Shown: positions 1 through 9,340, numbered from the stretch's first letter. The stretch is DNA of 21,466 bases from Nitrospirota bacterium (GCA_040754455.1 JBFMCP010000047.1:1-21466); one strand, 5' to 3'. Translations and numbers: made by a program. The notes: generated by a model from the sequence alone, not told the origin.

Positions 1-127
1 GCCCGGTGTTTATCGATGGACGATGCCATCATCTCCGTCCACGGTCGAGCTCCGCCTGGGCAAAAAAAGCCGCCGCCTTGCGCAATATCTCATTGGAACG
101 CGTCAGTTCACGATTCTCTCGCTCCAA
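1..127 (-). mobile_element. IS3-family transposase fragment (OrfA C-terminus and start of OrfB), 5'-truncated
   Basis: Minus strand 127->29 reads [32 protein letters not shown], the typical end of IS3-family (IS51/IS629-like) OrfA. Its stop overlaps an ATG at 32 (ATGA) that opens [10 protein letters not shown], an OrfB-like start running off the window. Confidence 0.85.
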
Positions 128-323
128 AAACATCATCGAAAGCGTTAACAGCAAGTTCAGGAAGGTCACAGATGCCCGCCGGGCCTTCCCCTCGGACGAG
201 GCGGTGCTGAAGTCCCTCTACATGGCTGCGCTTGAGCTTGAAAGGAAATGGAGCAAACCTATCAAGGATTGGGCTATAATCTATGCACAGCTCGTCGTCC
301 TCTTCGAGGACAGGCTGTTATGA
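126..323 (+). pseudogene. IS256-family (mutator-type) transposase, C-terminal fragment
   Basis: [63 protein letters not shown] matches the IS256-family C-terminal pattern (NxIESxNxxxRK...FP...W...W...F.DRL). The first ~40 aa of ORF 6..323 are only the antisense of the IS3 fragment. Confidence 0.85.
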
Positions 324-330
324 GGAAACT

Positions 331-356
331 GATTTACACAGTTGGCGAGACAGTTC
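331..356. mobile_element. Probable right terminal inverted repeat of the IS256-family element
   Basis: GATTTACACAGTTGGCGAGACAGTTC lies just after the transposase stop and resembles the TTTACACA...GACA end typical of the IS256 family. Confidence 0.6.
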
Positions 357-535
357 TTATCGAACTGCCATTTATTTTCATTGCGGTGGCCTGGACCTAT
401 CCCCCGAGCCTCCAGCTAATCCAACGCTATGCTTCAGAGGAGCTTAACCACTATATGTTGGGGCTACCCATTAAAAAGCCAGTTGCGGCTTAGCTTTAAA
501 TATCTCGATACCCTATCACTCCAATACTCTATTTA

Positions 536-668
536 GAGTCTGTCCCTAAACTGCGAGTCCGATAATAATTCGTCATTCTCGCGAAAGCGGGAATCCAGTC
601 TTTTCAAGAGTTTCTGGGTCCCCCAGTCAAGCCGGAGGATGACAAAACCTGACGTTATAAACAGACTC
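536..668. repeat. MITE-like element with 8-bp terminal IRs enclosing two REP-type palindromes
   Basis: GAGTCTGT (536-543) and ACAGACTC (661-668) are exact reverse complements. Inside are GTCATTCTCGCGAAAGCGGGAATCCAG (572-598) and the inverted unit CTGGGTCCCCCAGTCAAGCCGGAGGATGAC (614-643). Confidence 0.65.
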
Positions 669-671
669 CAT

Positions 672-1472
672 TTATTTGGACAATCGCTGTCGAACTATCT
701 CATAGAGAACGATTGACGCAGCCATGGCGACATTCAGGCTTTCTGCTTTTCCGATAATGGGGATTTTTGCAACAATTGTTGCTTTTTTGAGTACAATACC
801 GCTCACCCCGCGTGCCTCATTGCCGAAGACAACCGCTACCGGCTGGCTAAGATCGACATCATACACCGATGATGACGCATGGACATCAGCCGCGCAGAGT
901 GCGATTTTTCTCGAATCCAGATAGCTGACAAGAACCTCGGGCTCGGAAAAGGTAACAGGAATATTGAACAGGCTGCCTGCCGTTGCCCTGATCGATTTTG
1001 GCATAAAGGGGTCGCACGTTCCCGGCAGGATGATCACGGCGTCGGCGCCTGCTGCATCCGCCGCACGTATGATCGTCCCGAGATTGCCCGGGTCCTGTAC
1101 GCCGTCGCAGACAACAAGGAGCGGCGCTGCCTTGAAATTGATCTCGTCCAGCGCCGGTGAAGGGTACGATATAAGAGCGATGATGCCCTGGGGTGTCTCG
1201 GTATCGGCGATTTTGGAGAGTATCGGAAGAGAAGTTTCGATAAGCTGGGTAGTGCCCTTGGCAATGCTCCTTACAAGGAGCTGCCCCTCCCTCTTAGAGG
1301 AAAACTCCTCAGTGAAAAACACCCGTTGAACCCCTGCCTTTGCTGCAAGTGCCATCTCAATGAGATGAGGTCCCTCGATGAGAAATGGACCGCGCCGGTC
1401 AGACCGCTTCTTGAGCTTGAGCGTCTCCTTTATCAACGGATTTGAGAGGCTGGTTATGGTTATGTATTTCAC
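672..1472 (-). CDS. TrmH/SpoU-family (SPOUT) RNA 2'-O-methyltransferase
   Basis: Motifs ITSLSNP, FLIEG, TETPQGI, DGVQDPGNLGTIIR, VFGNEARGVS, IPIIGKAESLNVAMA. Confidence 0.93.
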   Translation of the reverse strand: MKYITITSLSNPLIKETLKLKKRSDRRGPFLIEGPHLIEMALAAKAGVQRVFFTEEFSSKREGQLLVRSIAKGTTQLIETSLPILSKIADTETPQGIIALISYPSPALDEINFKAAPLLVVCDGVQDPGNLGTIIRAADAAGADAVIILPGTCDPFMPKSIRATAGSLFNIPVTFSEPEVLVSYLDSRKIALCAADVHASSSVYDVDLSQPVAVVFGNEARGVSGIVLKKATIVAKIPIIGKAESLNVAMAASIVLYEIVRQRLSK

Positions 1473-2323
1473 GATATGAATTTGAAGGGTGCAGGGATAA
1501 ACGTTACAATAAAGATAATCAGCGCGAGGAACCCCATAACCTTTCTTTTGGGATCAAGCGAACCCTCCCAATACACGATCGGTGGATGTTTGATGCCGAG
1601 AATAAGCATCAGAACCGCCCATATGAGCCATCCTTCCCATCCCGAGTCTCCCATAATCGCTGAAATTCCGAGAACTGCAAGAATACCGACGAGCACCACA
1701 GATACGTAACGATGCTTATCGCCCAGCAGTGCATATGCGACGTGGCCGCCATCAAGTTGGCCGATGGGAATGAGATTCAGGGAGGTGACGAAGAGCCCGA
1801 TCCAGCCGGCAAAGGCGACAGGATGAAGCAGAATATCATAGTGGTCGGGCGCAACTCCGAGCACCACTTTAGCAATGAAAGAGAAGAGAAGAGAATCACC
1901 AAGGCTTAAGGTTCCTTCCGACTGCGGCAGAGGGACCACTTTGGACATGCTCAACCCGATTATGGAAGCAATCACTGAAACAATGAATCCCGCTATCGGG
2001 CCCGAAGCCCCGATGTCGACGAGGGCCTTTCGCGTAATGATAGGGGATTTCATCTTGATAAAGGCGCCGAATGTGCCGATGAGCGAAGGCGCGGGGATGA
2101 AATAAGGAAGCGTTGCTTGGGTGTGGTGCTTTTTTGATGCTATGTAGTGGGACAGCTCATGACAGAGCAGGATGGTCATCAGGGTGCCCGCAAAAGGGAA
2201 TCCCTCGATAAGCCTGCCTGGCTCTTTGATAATATTGATTCCCTGCTGGAGGGCACCGGCGGCAAGGGTTGTAAGAAAGGTGACGATGAACAGGATAATA
2301 TGGAGGTAGGGAATTCTTCTCAT
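1469..2323 (-). CDS. Site-2 (M50 family) intramembrane zinc metalloprotease
   Basis: HELSH (HExxH), LPYFIP, GTFGAFI, ASGPIAG, NLIPIGQLDGGH; several hydrophobic helices. Confidence 0.93.
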   Translation of the reverse strand: MRRIPYLHIILFIVTFLTTLAAGALQQGINIIKEPGRLIEGFPFAGTLMTILLCHELSHYIASKKHHTQATLPYFIPAPSLIGTFGAFIKMKSPIITRKALVDIGASGPIAGFIVSVIASIIGLSMSKVVPLPQSEGTLSLGDSLLFSFIAKVVLGVAPDHYDILLHPVAFAGWIGLFVTSLNLIPIGQLDGGHVAYALLGDKHRYVSVVLVGILAVLGISAIMGDSGWEGWLIWAVLMLILGIKHPPIVYWEGSLDPKRKVMGFLALIIFIVTFIPAPFKFIS

Positions 2324-3771
2324 TTCCGGTTGACGACTCTCAGTTTCTTGTTGAAGTGCTTGCTCTGAGAGCTTCCTTCGTCAACAATCCTTCCTTTCAC
2401 ATCATAATCATAAGCGTCGATAATCTCCACGGTGACCACATCGCCAACCTTAACAGAAGATAGATTTTCTTCTTTATCTGATTTCTGTTTTCTGTTTTCT
2501 GGCTTCTGTTTTCTGGCTTCTGACTTCTCAATGATTACCATCCCGTCGATCTCCGGCGCATGAGAGTAGAGACGCGCAAGCGCCACTTCATCATCGATTT
2601 CATCAATAATTGCCGTAAACTTTTTGCCGATCAGTTCCCTGTTCTTTTCCAGCGAAATGAGCGCCTGCCGCTGCATGATGTCATCGAGCCGCCGCTGCTT
2701 CACCTTCTCCGGCACCTGTCCTTTGAGCTGCGCCGAGGGCGTGCCCTCCTCCTTGGAGAAGGCAAAGACCCCGAGACGGTCAAAGCGCATCTCTTCGATA
2801 AAATCGACCAGTCCATAGAAGTCCTCTTCCGTTTCTGAAGGGAATCCTACAATAAAGGTCGTCCTCAGGGCCATCTCCGGTATCCTGCGCCGTATTGTCC
2901 TGATCAGTTTCGTATACTCCTTGCGGGTCCCTCTCCGCCCCATGAGCCGCAAGATCCTGTCTTCGGAATGCTGGAGCGGTATATCGATATACTTTTGTAT
3001 CTTATCTTCAGTTGCAATGCACTCGATCAGCTCATCGGTTATGGCGGTCGGATAAAGGTAGAGGAGACGAATAAAGAAATCGCCCTTGAGCGCTGTCAGG
3101 TCCCTGAGCAAAGAGACAAGATTGTAACTATCCAGGTCTTTACCGTAATTGGTAATATCCTGGGCAACGAGGATAAGCTCTCTCACACCGCTCAGAATTT
3201 GCTCCTCGGCCTCTTTGAGAATGGTTGCAGGAGGTACACTCCTGAACCTCCCCCGTAGAGAGGGAATAACGCAGAAAGTACATTTTTTGTCGCATCCCTC
3301 CGCGATCTTGAGATAAGCATAGCTGCTCGGAAGACGGTCCGGTGGATCGGGAAGTTGGTGGATAGGTGAATGGGTGAATGGTCTTTCCTCTTTCAGTTTC
3401 TCCAGTTCACTCCTTCTCCGTTTCGCCAGCTTCCTGCAGTATTCGATGATCTTATCTTCCTCCGCCACTCCCCACAGTGCATCTATTTCGGGGATCTCCT
3501 TCAGCAGTTCATCCTTATACCGCTTCGCGAGGCAGCCGAAGACGAGCAGTTTTTTTTCGCGGCCTTCCTTGAGTGCTGCGAGCCTGAGGATCTCCCCTAT
3601 GGATTCCTCCTTTGCATCTCTGATGAAGCCGCAGGTATTGACGAGAATAATATCGGCATCACCAGCATCCCTGACCGGAACAAATCCCTCGGACAGGAAC
3701 CTCCCTGCAAGATGATCGGAGTCAACCTGATTTTTCGGGCAGCCGAGGGTGGTGATGTGCATCTTAGCCAT
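2320..3771 (-). CDS. rimO: Ribosomal protein S12 methylthiotransferase RimO
   Basis: LGCPKNQVDS, VNTCGFI, GCLAKRY, radical-SAM CDKKCTFC, YLYP, DIPLQH, TRAM-domain APEIDG. Confidence 0.95.
   Translation of the reverse strand: MAKMHITTLGCPKNQVDSDHLAGRFLSEGFVPVRDAGDADIILVNTCGFIRDAKEESIGEILRLAALKEGREKKLLVFGCLAKRYKDELLKEIPEIDALWGVAEEDKIIEYCRKLAKRRRSELEKLKEERPFTHSPIHQLPDPPDRLPSSYAYLKIAEGCDKKCTFCVIPSLRGRFRSVPPATILKEAEEQILSGVRELILVAQDITNYGKDLDSYNLVSLLRDLTALKGDFFIRLLYLYPTAITDELIECIATEDKIQKYIDIPLQHSEDRILRLMGRRGTRKEYTKLIRTIRRRIPEMALRTTFIVGFPSETEEDFYGLVDFIEEMRFDRLGVFAFSKEEGTPSAQLKGQVPEKVKQRRLDDIMQRQALISLEKNRELIGKKFTAIIDEIDDEVALARLYSHAPEIDGMVIIEKSEARKQKPENRKQKSDKEENLSSVKVGDVVTVEIIDAYDYDVKGRIVDEGSSQSKHFNKKLRVVNRK
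2480..2528 (-). repeat. Seven tandem degenerate heptamers inside rimO
   Basis: Coding strand: AGAAGTC AGAAGCC AGAAAAC AGAAGCC AGAAAAC AGAAAAC AGAAATC. Confidence 0.9.
3341..3430 (-). repeat. Degenerate mirrored octamer array inside rimO
   Basis: Coding strand has purine-rich GCTGGCGA AACGGAGA AGGAGTGA ACTGGAGA AACTGAAA GAGGAAAG, then AC, then pyrimidine-rich CATTCACC CATTCACC TATCCACC AACTTCCC GATCCACC. Confidence 0.6.
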
Positions 3772-3773
3772 TC

Positions 3774-4214
3774 TTAATCATTCCTCCTTTTCATCACCGC
3801 CTGGTATACAACAACATAGCCGATGGCTGCAGATACTGCACCGATAAGAGTACTGCCGAAAATAAACGGCAGCAGGAGCGGCTTTATCTCGCCCAGGAGA
3901 GAGGTGAAACTCATATTGTTCCAGTCAACGGCAGGAATAATGTCCGTTATTCCGAGGAGCCGTGCGCCGACCCACGTGGAAAAGGTATAAATGGGAATGA
4001 TCGTCCAGGGGTTGGTAATATATACGCCGACGATAGTTACAAATTTATTGAGCCCGAAGATCCATGCGGCGACAATCCCCAATACCGTATGCAATCCCAG
4101 AACGGGCGACATTCCTATGAAGATGCCCGCTGCAAAAGAGATGGCGATCTTTTTCGGTGAATCTTTTGCAAGGACCACCTGTTGTAATTTATCCCGAAGT
4201 CCCAAAGTGCTCAT
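3774..4214 (-). CDS. DUF2062-family membrane protein
   Basis: SPKKIAISFAAGIFIGMSPVLGLHT and ITNPWTIIPIY patterns; hydrophobic; overlaps the end of thiL. Confidence 0.85.
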   Translation of the reverse strand: MSTLGLRDKLQQVVLAKDSPKKIAISFAAGIFIGMSPVLGLHTVLGIVAAWIFGLNKFVTIVGVYITNPWTIIPIYTFSTWVGARLLGITDIIPAVDWNNMSFTSLLGEIKPLLLPFIFGSTLIGAVSAAIGYVVVYQAVMKRRND

Positions 4215-5268
4215 ACCCCCTGGAGGAAAGGGGTGATTCCCTTCCCTCTCTATCGATTACTACTCTCTCCTTCGCTGTAATCTCGCCAATAAAAATGGCG
4301 CCATCGTCGATATCGTCGGCGGTGGTAAACAAAAGCTCATAATCCTCTCCGCCTGACGTTGCGAGGTCGACGGGATCCAACCCTATAATTTCCGCTGCAT
4401 AACGCAGTTCGGCAGAGAGCGGTATGCACTCACGATACACCTTAGCCCCGACATTGCTTTCGTCGCAGATCCTGCAGAGGTCGATAAACAGTCCGTCGCT
4501 GACATCTATCATTGATGTAATGCCGGGCTGAAACATACCTGCCTGCCGCGCTACAGGCATCAAATGCCTCCTGAGGAGCGGCTCTATGCGTTTCCCCTCA
4601 ATCATCCTTGTCTCCGTACCGAGGACGATCTCCAGATCCGGCAGCGCGGCACGCCCCCCCTCCCTGCTCAGGGACGACTCCTCGGTTCCCCACTCTTTAA
4701 CGAGCCTTTTTGATGCAGGAGCAAGTCTCTTCAGGATCTCGAGGCCGCAGGCCGCATCGCCGGTCGGGGAGGTAATATAAATACGATCCCCCACCGACGC
4801 CCCCCGCCTCGCGATCGCCTCCTCGCTGCTGCCGATAACCGTAGCGGCGAGCACCATATCATGGACTGCGGTCGTAAGATCGCCGCCGAGCAGCACTACC
4901 CCGTAGTGCTCCATGGCACGTCCGATCCCCGTATAGAGCTCGCGGAACAACTCTTCCTCTGCATCAGCTTTCAGGGCGATATCCAGGAAGAGATAGCGGG
5001 GAACTCCCCCCATAGCCATGATGTCACTGACATTCACCGACACCAGTTTGAATCCCAGATGGAAGGGAGCGCTGTAGCTCAGATCGAAATGAATGCCCTC
5101 GTTCATCATGTCGGTGGTAACGAGGACCTTTTTCCCGAAGGAGTCAAAGACCGCGGCATCATCACCAATACCGATGATAACGCCGCTGTCCACACCCTTT
5201 GACGGAAGGCCGAACTTATCCCTTACTTCTTTGAGAAGCGCGAGCTCTCCGCGATGACGGAGTTGCAT
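4189..5268 (-). CDS. thiL: Thiamine-monophosphate kinase
   Basis: [61 protein letters not shown]. Confidence 0.95.
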   Translation of the reverse strand: MQLRHRGELALLKEVRDKFGLPSKGVDSGVIIGIGDDAAVFDSFGKKVLVTTDMMNEGIHFDLSYSAPFHLGFKLVSVNVSDIMAMGGVPRYLFLDIALKADAEEELFRELYTGIGRAMEHYGVVLLGGDLTTAVHDMVLAATVIGSSEEAIARRGASVGDRIYITSPTGDAACGLEILKRLAPASKRLVKEWGTEESSLSREGGRAALPDLEIVLGTETRMIEGKRIEPLLRRHLMPVARQAGMFQPGITSMIDVSDGLFIDLCRICDESNVGAKVYRECIPLSAELRYAAEIIGLDPVDLATSGGEDYELLFTTADDIDDGAIFIGEITAKERVVIDREGRESPLSSRGYEHFGTSG

Positions 5269-7738
5269 GTTTTTCCTTTGCGTCTCTTATCGAGCGGTGA
5301 TGCTTCCCTGCTTTGACTTTTCCGGAGGCCGCCTTTGCCGCAGGACGCTTCGAATCTCCTCCTGAAACTGCCTTTGCTGCAAGCCTCTTTATTCCGAGGG
5401 CATTTTTGAGCACTTCATCCATAGTATCGACGAGAATAAAACGCATGCCCTCCTTGACATACGGCGGAAGCTCGTCCAGGTCCTTTTTATTCCTGCGAGG
5501 GATGATGACGGTCTCTACCCCCATCCTCTTTGCCGCAAGCGTCTTCTCCTTAAGGCCGCCGATGGGAAGCACCCTCCCCCTGAGCGTCACTTCGCCGGTC
5601 ATCGCCACATCTTTTCTCACCGGCTTCTCGGTGAGTGCCGATGCGATGGCCGTTGCCATGGTAATGCCTGCAGAAGGTCCGTCCTTCGGAATAGCACCCG
5701 CAGGGACATGGATATGGAAGTCGACCTGCCCGAAGACGTCATCGTTGATGCCGAGCTCGTGTGCCCGCGACCGAATATAAGTCAACGCGGCCTGCGCCGA
5801 TTCTTTCATGACATCGCCGAGCTGTCCGGTAAGGGTAAGTTGCCCCTTTCCCTTCATCTTCGTTGCCTCGACATAGATGACATCTCCTCCGGCCTCGGTC
5901 CAGGCAAGTCCCGTTGCCACACCCACCTCGCTCTTCTTCATCTCCTCTTCGGGGAGGAACTTGGGGGCACCGAGGTACTTATCGATGTTGCTCGCCGTGA
6001 TGTCAAAGGTCTTCGCCTTCTCCTCGGCAACCTGCTTCGCCACCTTCCTGCAGAGGTTGGCGATTTCACGCTCCAGGTTTCTCACCCCAGCCTCACGTGT
6101 ATAGTGAGAAATGATCTGGCGTATCGCGGAGTCATTGATCTTCAGTATCTTTGGAGTGATACCGTGTTCCTCGAGCTGCTTGGGAACAAGGTATTTCTTT
6201 GCGATCTGCAGCTTCTCCTCTTCCGTATATCCCGAAAGATAGATGATCTCCATCCTGTCCTTGAGCGGACCGGGTATGGGGTCGGCAAGGTTTCCCGTAG
6301 TGATGAACATGACATTCGTGAGATCGAAGGGCACTGCTAGGTAGTGGTCCACAAAGGCATTGTTCTGCTCGGGATCAAGCACTTCAAGGAGCGCAGAGGA
6401 CGGGTCGCCCCTGAAATCCATGCCGAGCTTGTCGATCTCGTCCAGCATGAACACCGGATTATTCGAGCCGGCCTGCCGTATTCCCTGAATGATCCTACCG
6501 GGAAGTGCGCCGACATACGTCCTCCTATGCCCCCGTATTTCGGCCTCATCGCGCACACCCCCAAGAGACATTCTCACAAACTCTCTTCCCAGCGTCCTCG
6601 CAATAGAGCGACCGAGCGAGGTCTTGCCCACGCCCGGAGGCCCGATGAAACAGAGGATCGGTCCCTTCATCTTCTCTTTCAGCTTTCGCACGCTGAGGTA
6701 TTCGAGGATCCTCTCCTTCACTTTCTCGAGGTCATAGTGGTCCTCGTTCAGTATCGCCTCGGCCTTCTTGATATCGAGCTGGTCCTTCGTGCTCTTCGAC
6801 CAGGGAAGTTCGGTCAGCCACTCAAGATAGGTCCTGATCGTGCCCGCTTCAGCGCTGTCGGGGTGCATCTTCTCGATCCTCTTCAGCTGCTTTTCAGCCT
6901 CCTTGAGCACCTTTTCAGGCATATGTGCTTCTTCTATCTTTTTCCTGAATTCCCGTATCTCTTCAGCGCGCTCGTCGATATCGCCCAGCTCCCGCTGTAT
7001 TGCCTTGAGCTGCTCGCGGAGAAAGTATTCCCGCTGCGTCTTATCGATTTCACCCCTCGCCTCGGTCTGAATCTTCTGCTGAATGGTGAGTAACTGCACC
7101 TCTCTGCCCAGTATCTCGCTGATCCTCTTCAACCGCTTGATGGGATCGGACATCTCAAGGATCTCCTGTGCCTGCTCCGTCTTCAGCCCGAGGTTGGCGG
7201 TAATCAGGTCGGCGAGCCTCCCTGGGTCATCGATGTTCTCGATAACAACCATGACATCGGGCAGGATCGTTTTCCCTAACGAGACGACTTTGTCCATCTG
7301 CTCCTTGACGTTCCGGATGAGCGCCTCGGTCTCAATGTTCGCCTCAGCAGGCTTCTCTTCGGCTACCTTCTCTATCTCGGCCATAAAGAAGGGTTCCTCC
7401 TGGGAAATTCCCACCACCCGTGCCTTGCTCAGCCCCTGCACTAGGATCTTCACCCTTCCGTCGGGGAGCTTGAGCATTCTCATGATCATACAGACCGTGC
7501 CCATCAGATAGAGGTCGTCCGTCTTCGGGGTCTCCACATTCAGGTCTTTCTGGGCGAGGAGCAGCACCATGCGGTTGGTGTTGAGGGCATGGTCGATCGC
7601 CTTTATCGATACATCCCTCCCGACAAAAAGAGGAAGGATCATATAAGGAAAGATGACGATGTCCCTCACCGGCAGTACCGGCAACACATTCGGAATCTCT
7701 ATTTCCTTGTTTTCTTCCTTTACAACGGTGTCAGTCAT
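5216..7738 (-). CDS. lon: ATP-dependent Lon protease
   Basis: N-domain LPVLPVRD, Walker [23 protein letters not shown], catalytic PKDGPSAG and GGLKEK; SD GGAGGAG upstream. Confidence 0.98.
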   Translation of the reverse strand: MTDTVVKEENKEIEIPNVLPVLPVRDIVIFPYMILPLFVGRDVSIKAIDHALNTNRMVLLLAQKDLNVETPKTDDLYLMGTVCMIMRMLKLPDGRVKILVQGLSKARVVGISQEEPFFMAEIEKVAEEKPAEANIETEALIRNVKEQMDKVVSLGKTILPDVMVVIENIDDPGRLADLITANLGLKTEQAQEILEMSDPIKRLKRISEILGREVQLLTIQQKIQTEARGEIDKTQREYFLREQLKAIQRELGDIDERAEEIREFRKKIEEAHMPEKVLKEAEKQLKRIEKMHPDSAEAGTIRTYLEWLTELPWSKSTKDQLDIKKAEAILNEDHYDLEKVKERILEYLSVRKLKEKMKGPILCFIGPPGVGKTSLGRSIARTLGREFVRMSLGGVRDEAEIRGHRRTYVGALPGRIIQGIRQAGSNNPVFMLDEIDKLGMDFRGDPSSALLEVLDPEQNNAFVDHYLAVPFDLTNVMFITTGNLADPIPGPLKDRMEIIYLSGYTEEEKLQIAKKYLVPKQLEEHGITPKILKINDSAIRQIISHYTREAGVRNLEREIANLCRKVAKQVAEEKAKTFDITASNIDKYLGAPKFLPEEEMKKSEVGVATGLAWTEAGGDVIYVEATKMKGKGQLTLTGQLGDVMKESAQAALTYIRSRAHELGINDDVFGQVDFHIHVPAGAIPKDGPSAGITMATAIASALTEKPVRKDVAMTGEVTLRGRVLPIGGLKEKTLAAKRMGVETVIIPRRNKKDLDELPPYVKEGMRFILVDTMDEVLKNALGIKRLAAKAVSGGDSKRPAAKAASGKVKAGKHHRSIRDAKEKHATPSSRRARASQRSKG

Positions 7739-7804
7739 GTAGCTCCTCCCTGTCGCTCCGGCATCCTGGAATTCCCTTTCATGAAAATTTCAGGCTTTGT
7801 GCCT

Positions 7805-8176
7805 TCACACTCTCTCTATCGTAATAGCTATGAATTTATTCTTCAGCCTGGGGAATCTTATAGTAACCACCCCGTTAACGTACGACGCTTTTCCTGCTGC
7901 GGCATCGACCGGGACCGGGATCTTCACGATACGCCGAAAGGTCTTCACATACCGCTCCATGCAGAGATACATGACCCCCGCTCCGGCATGGACATCCGCT
8001 CGTGATCCTTCGATGATAAGGAGGTCATCATACACCCGTATCGACAGATCGTCAAGGGTGACGCCCGGCAGATCAACTTCGAAGACGAGATCATCACCGA
8101 GCTCATAGGAGTCGATCAGCGGCCATGCACCGGACTCGACCTGATAGAAAAAAAGATCCTCCACGACACCCTTCAT
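7805..8176 (-). CDS. Hsp20/alpha-crystallin family protein
   Basis: PLIDSYE, VDLPGV, ERYVKTFRRIVKIP, ASYVNGVVTIRFP, C-terminal IxI. Confidence 0.85.
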   Translation of the reverse strand: MKGVVEDLFFYQVESGAWPLIDSYELGDDLVFEVDLPGVTLDDLSIRVYDDLLIIEGSRADVHAGAGVMYLCMERYVKTFRRIVKIPVPVDAAAGKASYVNGVVTIRFPRLKNKFIAITIERV

Positions 8177-8177
8177 C

Positions 8178-9050
8178 CTACGGCAACTGTTTGATTTTCT
8201 CGACCAAGTACTTTCTGAAGTCTTCCGACAGCTCCCTGTTTTTCAGTGCGAAATCAACAGTGGCTTTCAGGTAGCCCAGCTTGTCACCGGCATCGTATCG
8301 GTTACCTTTTATAAGATAACCGTAAATCACCCTCCGGTTCAACAACTCTTTCAATGCATCCGTCAACTGGATCTCGCCTCCTGCTCCGGGCTTCTGTTTC
8401 TCAAGGATATCAAAAATGTCCGTGGTCAGAATGTACCTTCCGATAATGGCCAGATTGGAAGGCGCCTCTTCGGCCTTCGGCTTTTCAATAAGGTTCTTTA
8501 TTCGATACACATCGCCGTCGAGAACGCCGTCGATAACGCCATAACGGTGCACATCTGCGGTAGGGACTTCTTCGAGGGCGATGACCGGACACTTCAATTC
8601 ATCGTAGACTCTGATCATCTCCTTGAGGAGTGCATAATCGGGATCGACTACGTCATCGCTGAGGATCACCGCAAAAGGCTCGTCCTTCACAAAGGGCTGG
8701 GCACAGAGAATCGCATGGCCGAGTCCCAGCGCGACCCTCTGGCGGATATAGGCAAAGCTGATCTGGTTCAGCTTATTGATCTCATCGAGGAGTTTCTTCT
8801 TCCCGGAATTCCTCAGCTTTTCTTCGAGCTCGGAGGCGGTATCAAAGTGATCCTCTATAGCCCTCTTGTGCTTTCCCGTAATCACTATGAACTCCTCAAT
8901 GCCGCAGGAGATGGCCTCTTCAACGGCATATTGGATCAGCGGCTTATCGACAATGGGCATCATCTCCTTCGGAGACGCCTTTGTTGCGGGGAGGAAGCGC
9001 GTGCCGAGACCGGCTGCGGGAAAGATCGCCTTTTTTATTGTCTTTTTCAT
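8178..9050 (-). CDS. galU: UTP-glucose-1-phosphate uridylyltransferase
   Basis: KAIFPAAGLGTRFLPATKASPKEM, LGLGHAI, IEKP, GEIQLTDAL. Start moved to ATG 9050 (GAGG upstream) because the longer ORF runs through the tRNA. Confidence 0.96.
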   Translation of the reverse strand: MKKTIKKAIFPAAGLGTRFLPATKASPKEMMPIVDKPLIQYAVEEAISCGIEEFIVITGKHKRAIEDHFDTASELEEKLRNSGKKKLLDEINKLNQISFAYIRQRVALGLGHAILCAQPFVKDEPFAVILSDDVVDPDYALLKEMIRVYDELKCPVIALEEVPTADVHRYGVIDGVLDGDVYRIKNLIEKPKAEEAPSNLAIIGRYILTTDIFDILEKQKPGAGGEIQLTDALKELLNRRVIYGYLIKGNRYDAGDKLGYLKATVDFALKNRELSEDFRKYLVEKIKQLP

Positions 9051-9087
9051 TGCGGTACCTCGCTGCGTTGTTGTCTGTGAGAGAGCG

Positions 9088-9174
9088 TGGTGCCGGAGAC
9101 GAGACTCGAACTCGTACGAAACCAGGTTTCGAGGGATTTTAAGTCCCTTGCGTCTGCCATTCCGCCACTCCGGC
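9088..9174 (-). tRNA. tRNA-Leu (anticodon TAA), CCA encoded
   Basis: Acceptor stem GCCGGAG/CTCCGGC then A-CCA; anticodon arm AGGGA-CTTAAAA-TCCCT; long variable arm CGAAAC-CTG-GTTTCG; T arm ACGAG-TTCGAGT-CTCGT; 87 nt. Confidence 0.97.
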
Positions 9175-9231
9175 ATGCATGTTGTGCATGCGTTCCAAGA
9201 AATCAGGACAAAAAATATATACTACATAAAT

Positions 9232-9260
9232 AAGATACTAAAAAACCACTGAAAGTGCAA
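9232..9260 (-). promoter_or_regulatory. Putative sigma70 promoter for the tRNA-Leu-galU operon
   Basis: TTGCAC-N17-TATCTT on the - strand in an AT-rich stretch upstream of the tRNA. Confidence 0.6.
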
Positions 9261-9331
9261 CTTAAAACCCTGCATCTCCGTCCATGGAATATACCTGGAA
9301 AAGAGGTGTCCGCGACCATTCCCCGCGATGG

Positions 9332-9340
9332 TGGTATAAT
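9332..9340 (+). promoter_or_regulatory. Putative extended -10 promoter for tldD
   Basis: TGgTATAAT about 57 nt before the ATG; SD GGGAGG precedes the start. Confidence 0.5.

Noticed and set aside
6..323. ORF 6..323 as a real 105-aa protein
   Set aside because: It is a chimera of IS3 antisense sequence and an IS256 tail.
248..493. 81-aa ORF
   Set aside because: It crosses the IS256 tail and terminal IR, with no recognisable motif.
9088..9110. tRNA 3' end as an integration site (att)
   Set aside because: No duplicated tRNA 3' end or integrase is seen in the window, and galU follows immediately.
9051..9176. 42-aa N-terminal extension of GalU
   Set aside because: It is the tRNA-Leu sequence read in frame; the real start is ATG 9050.
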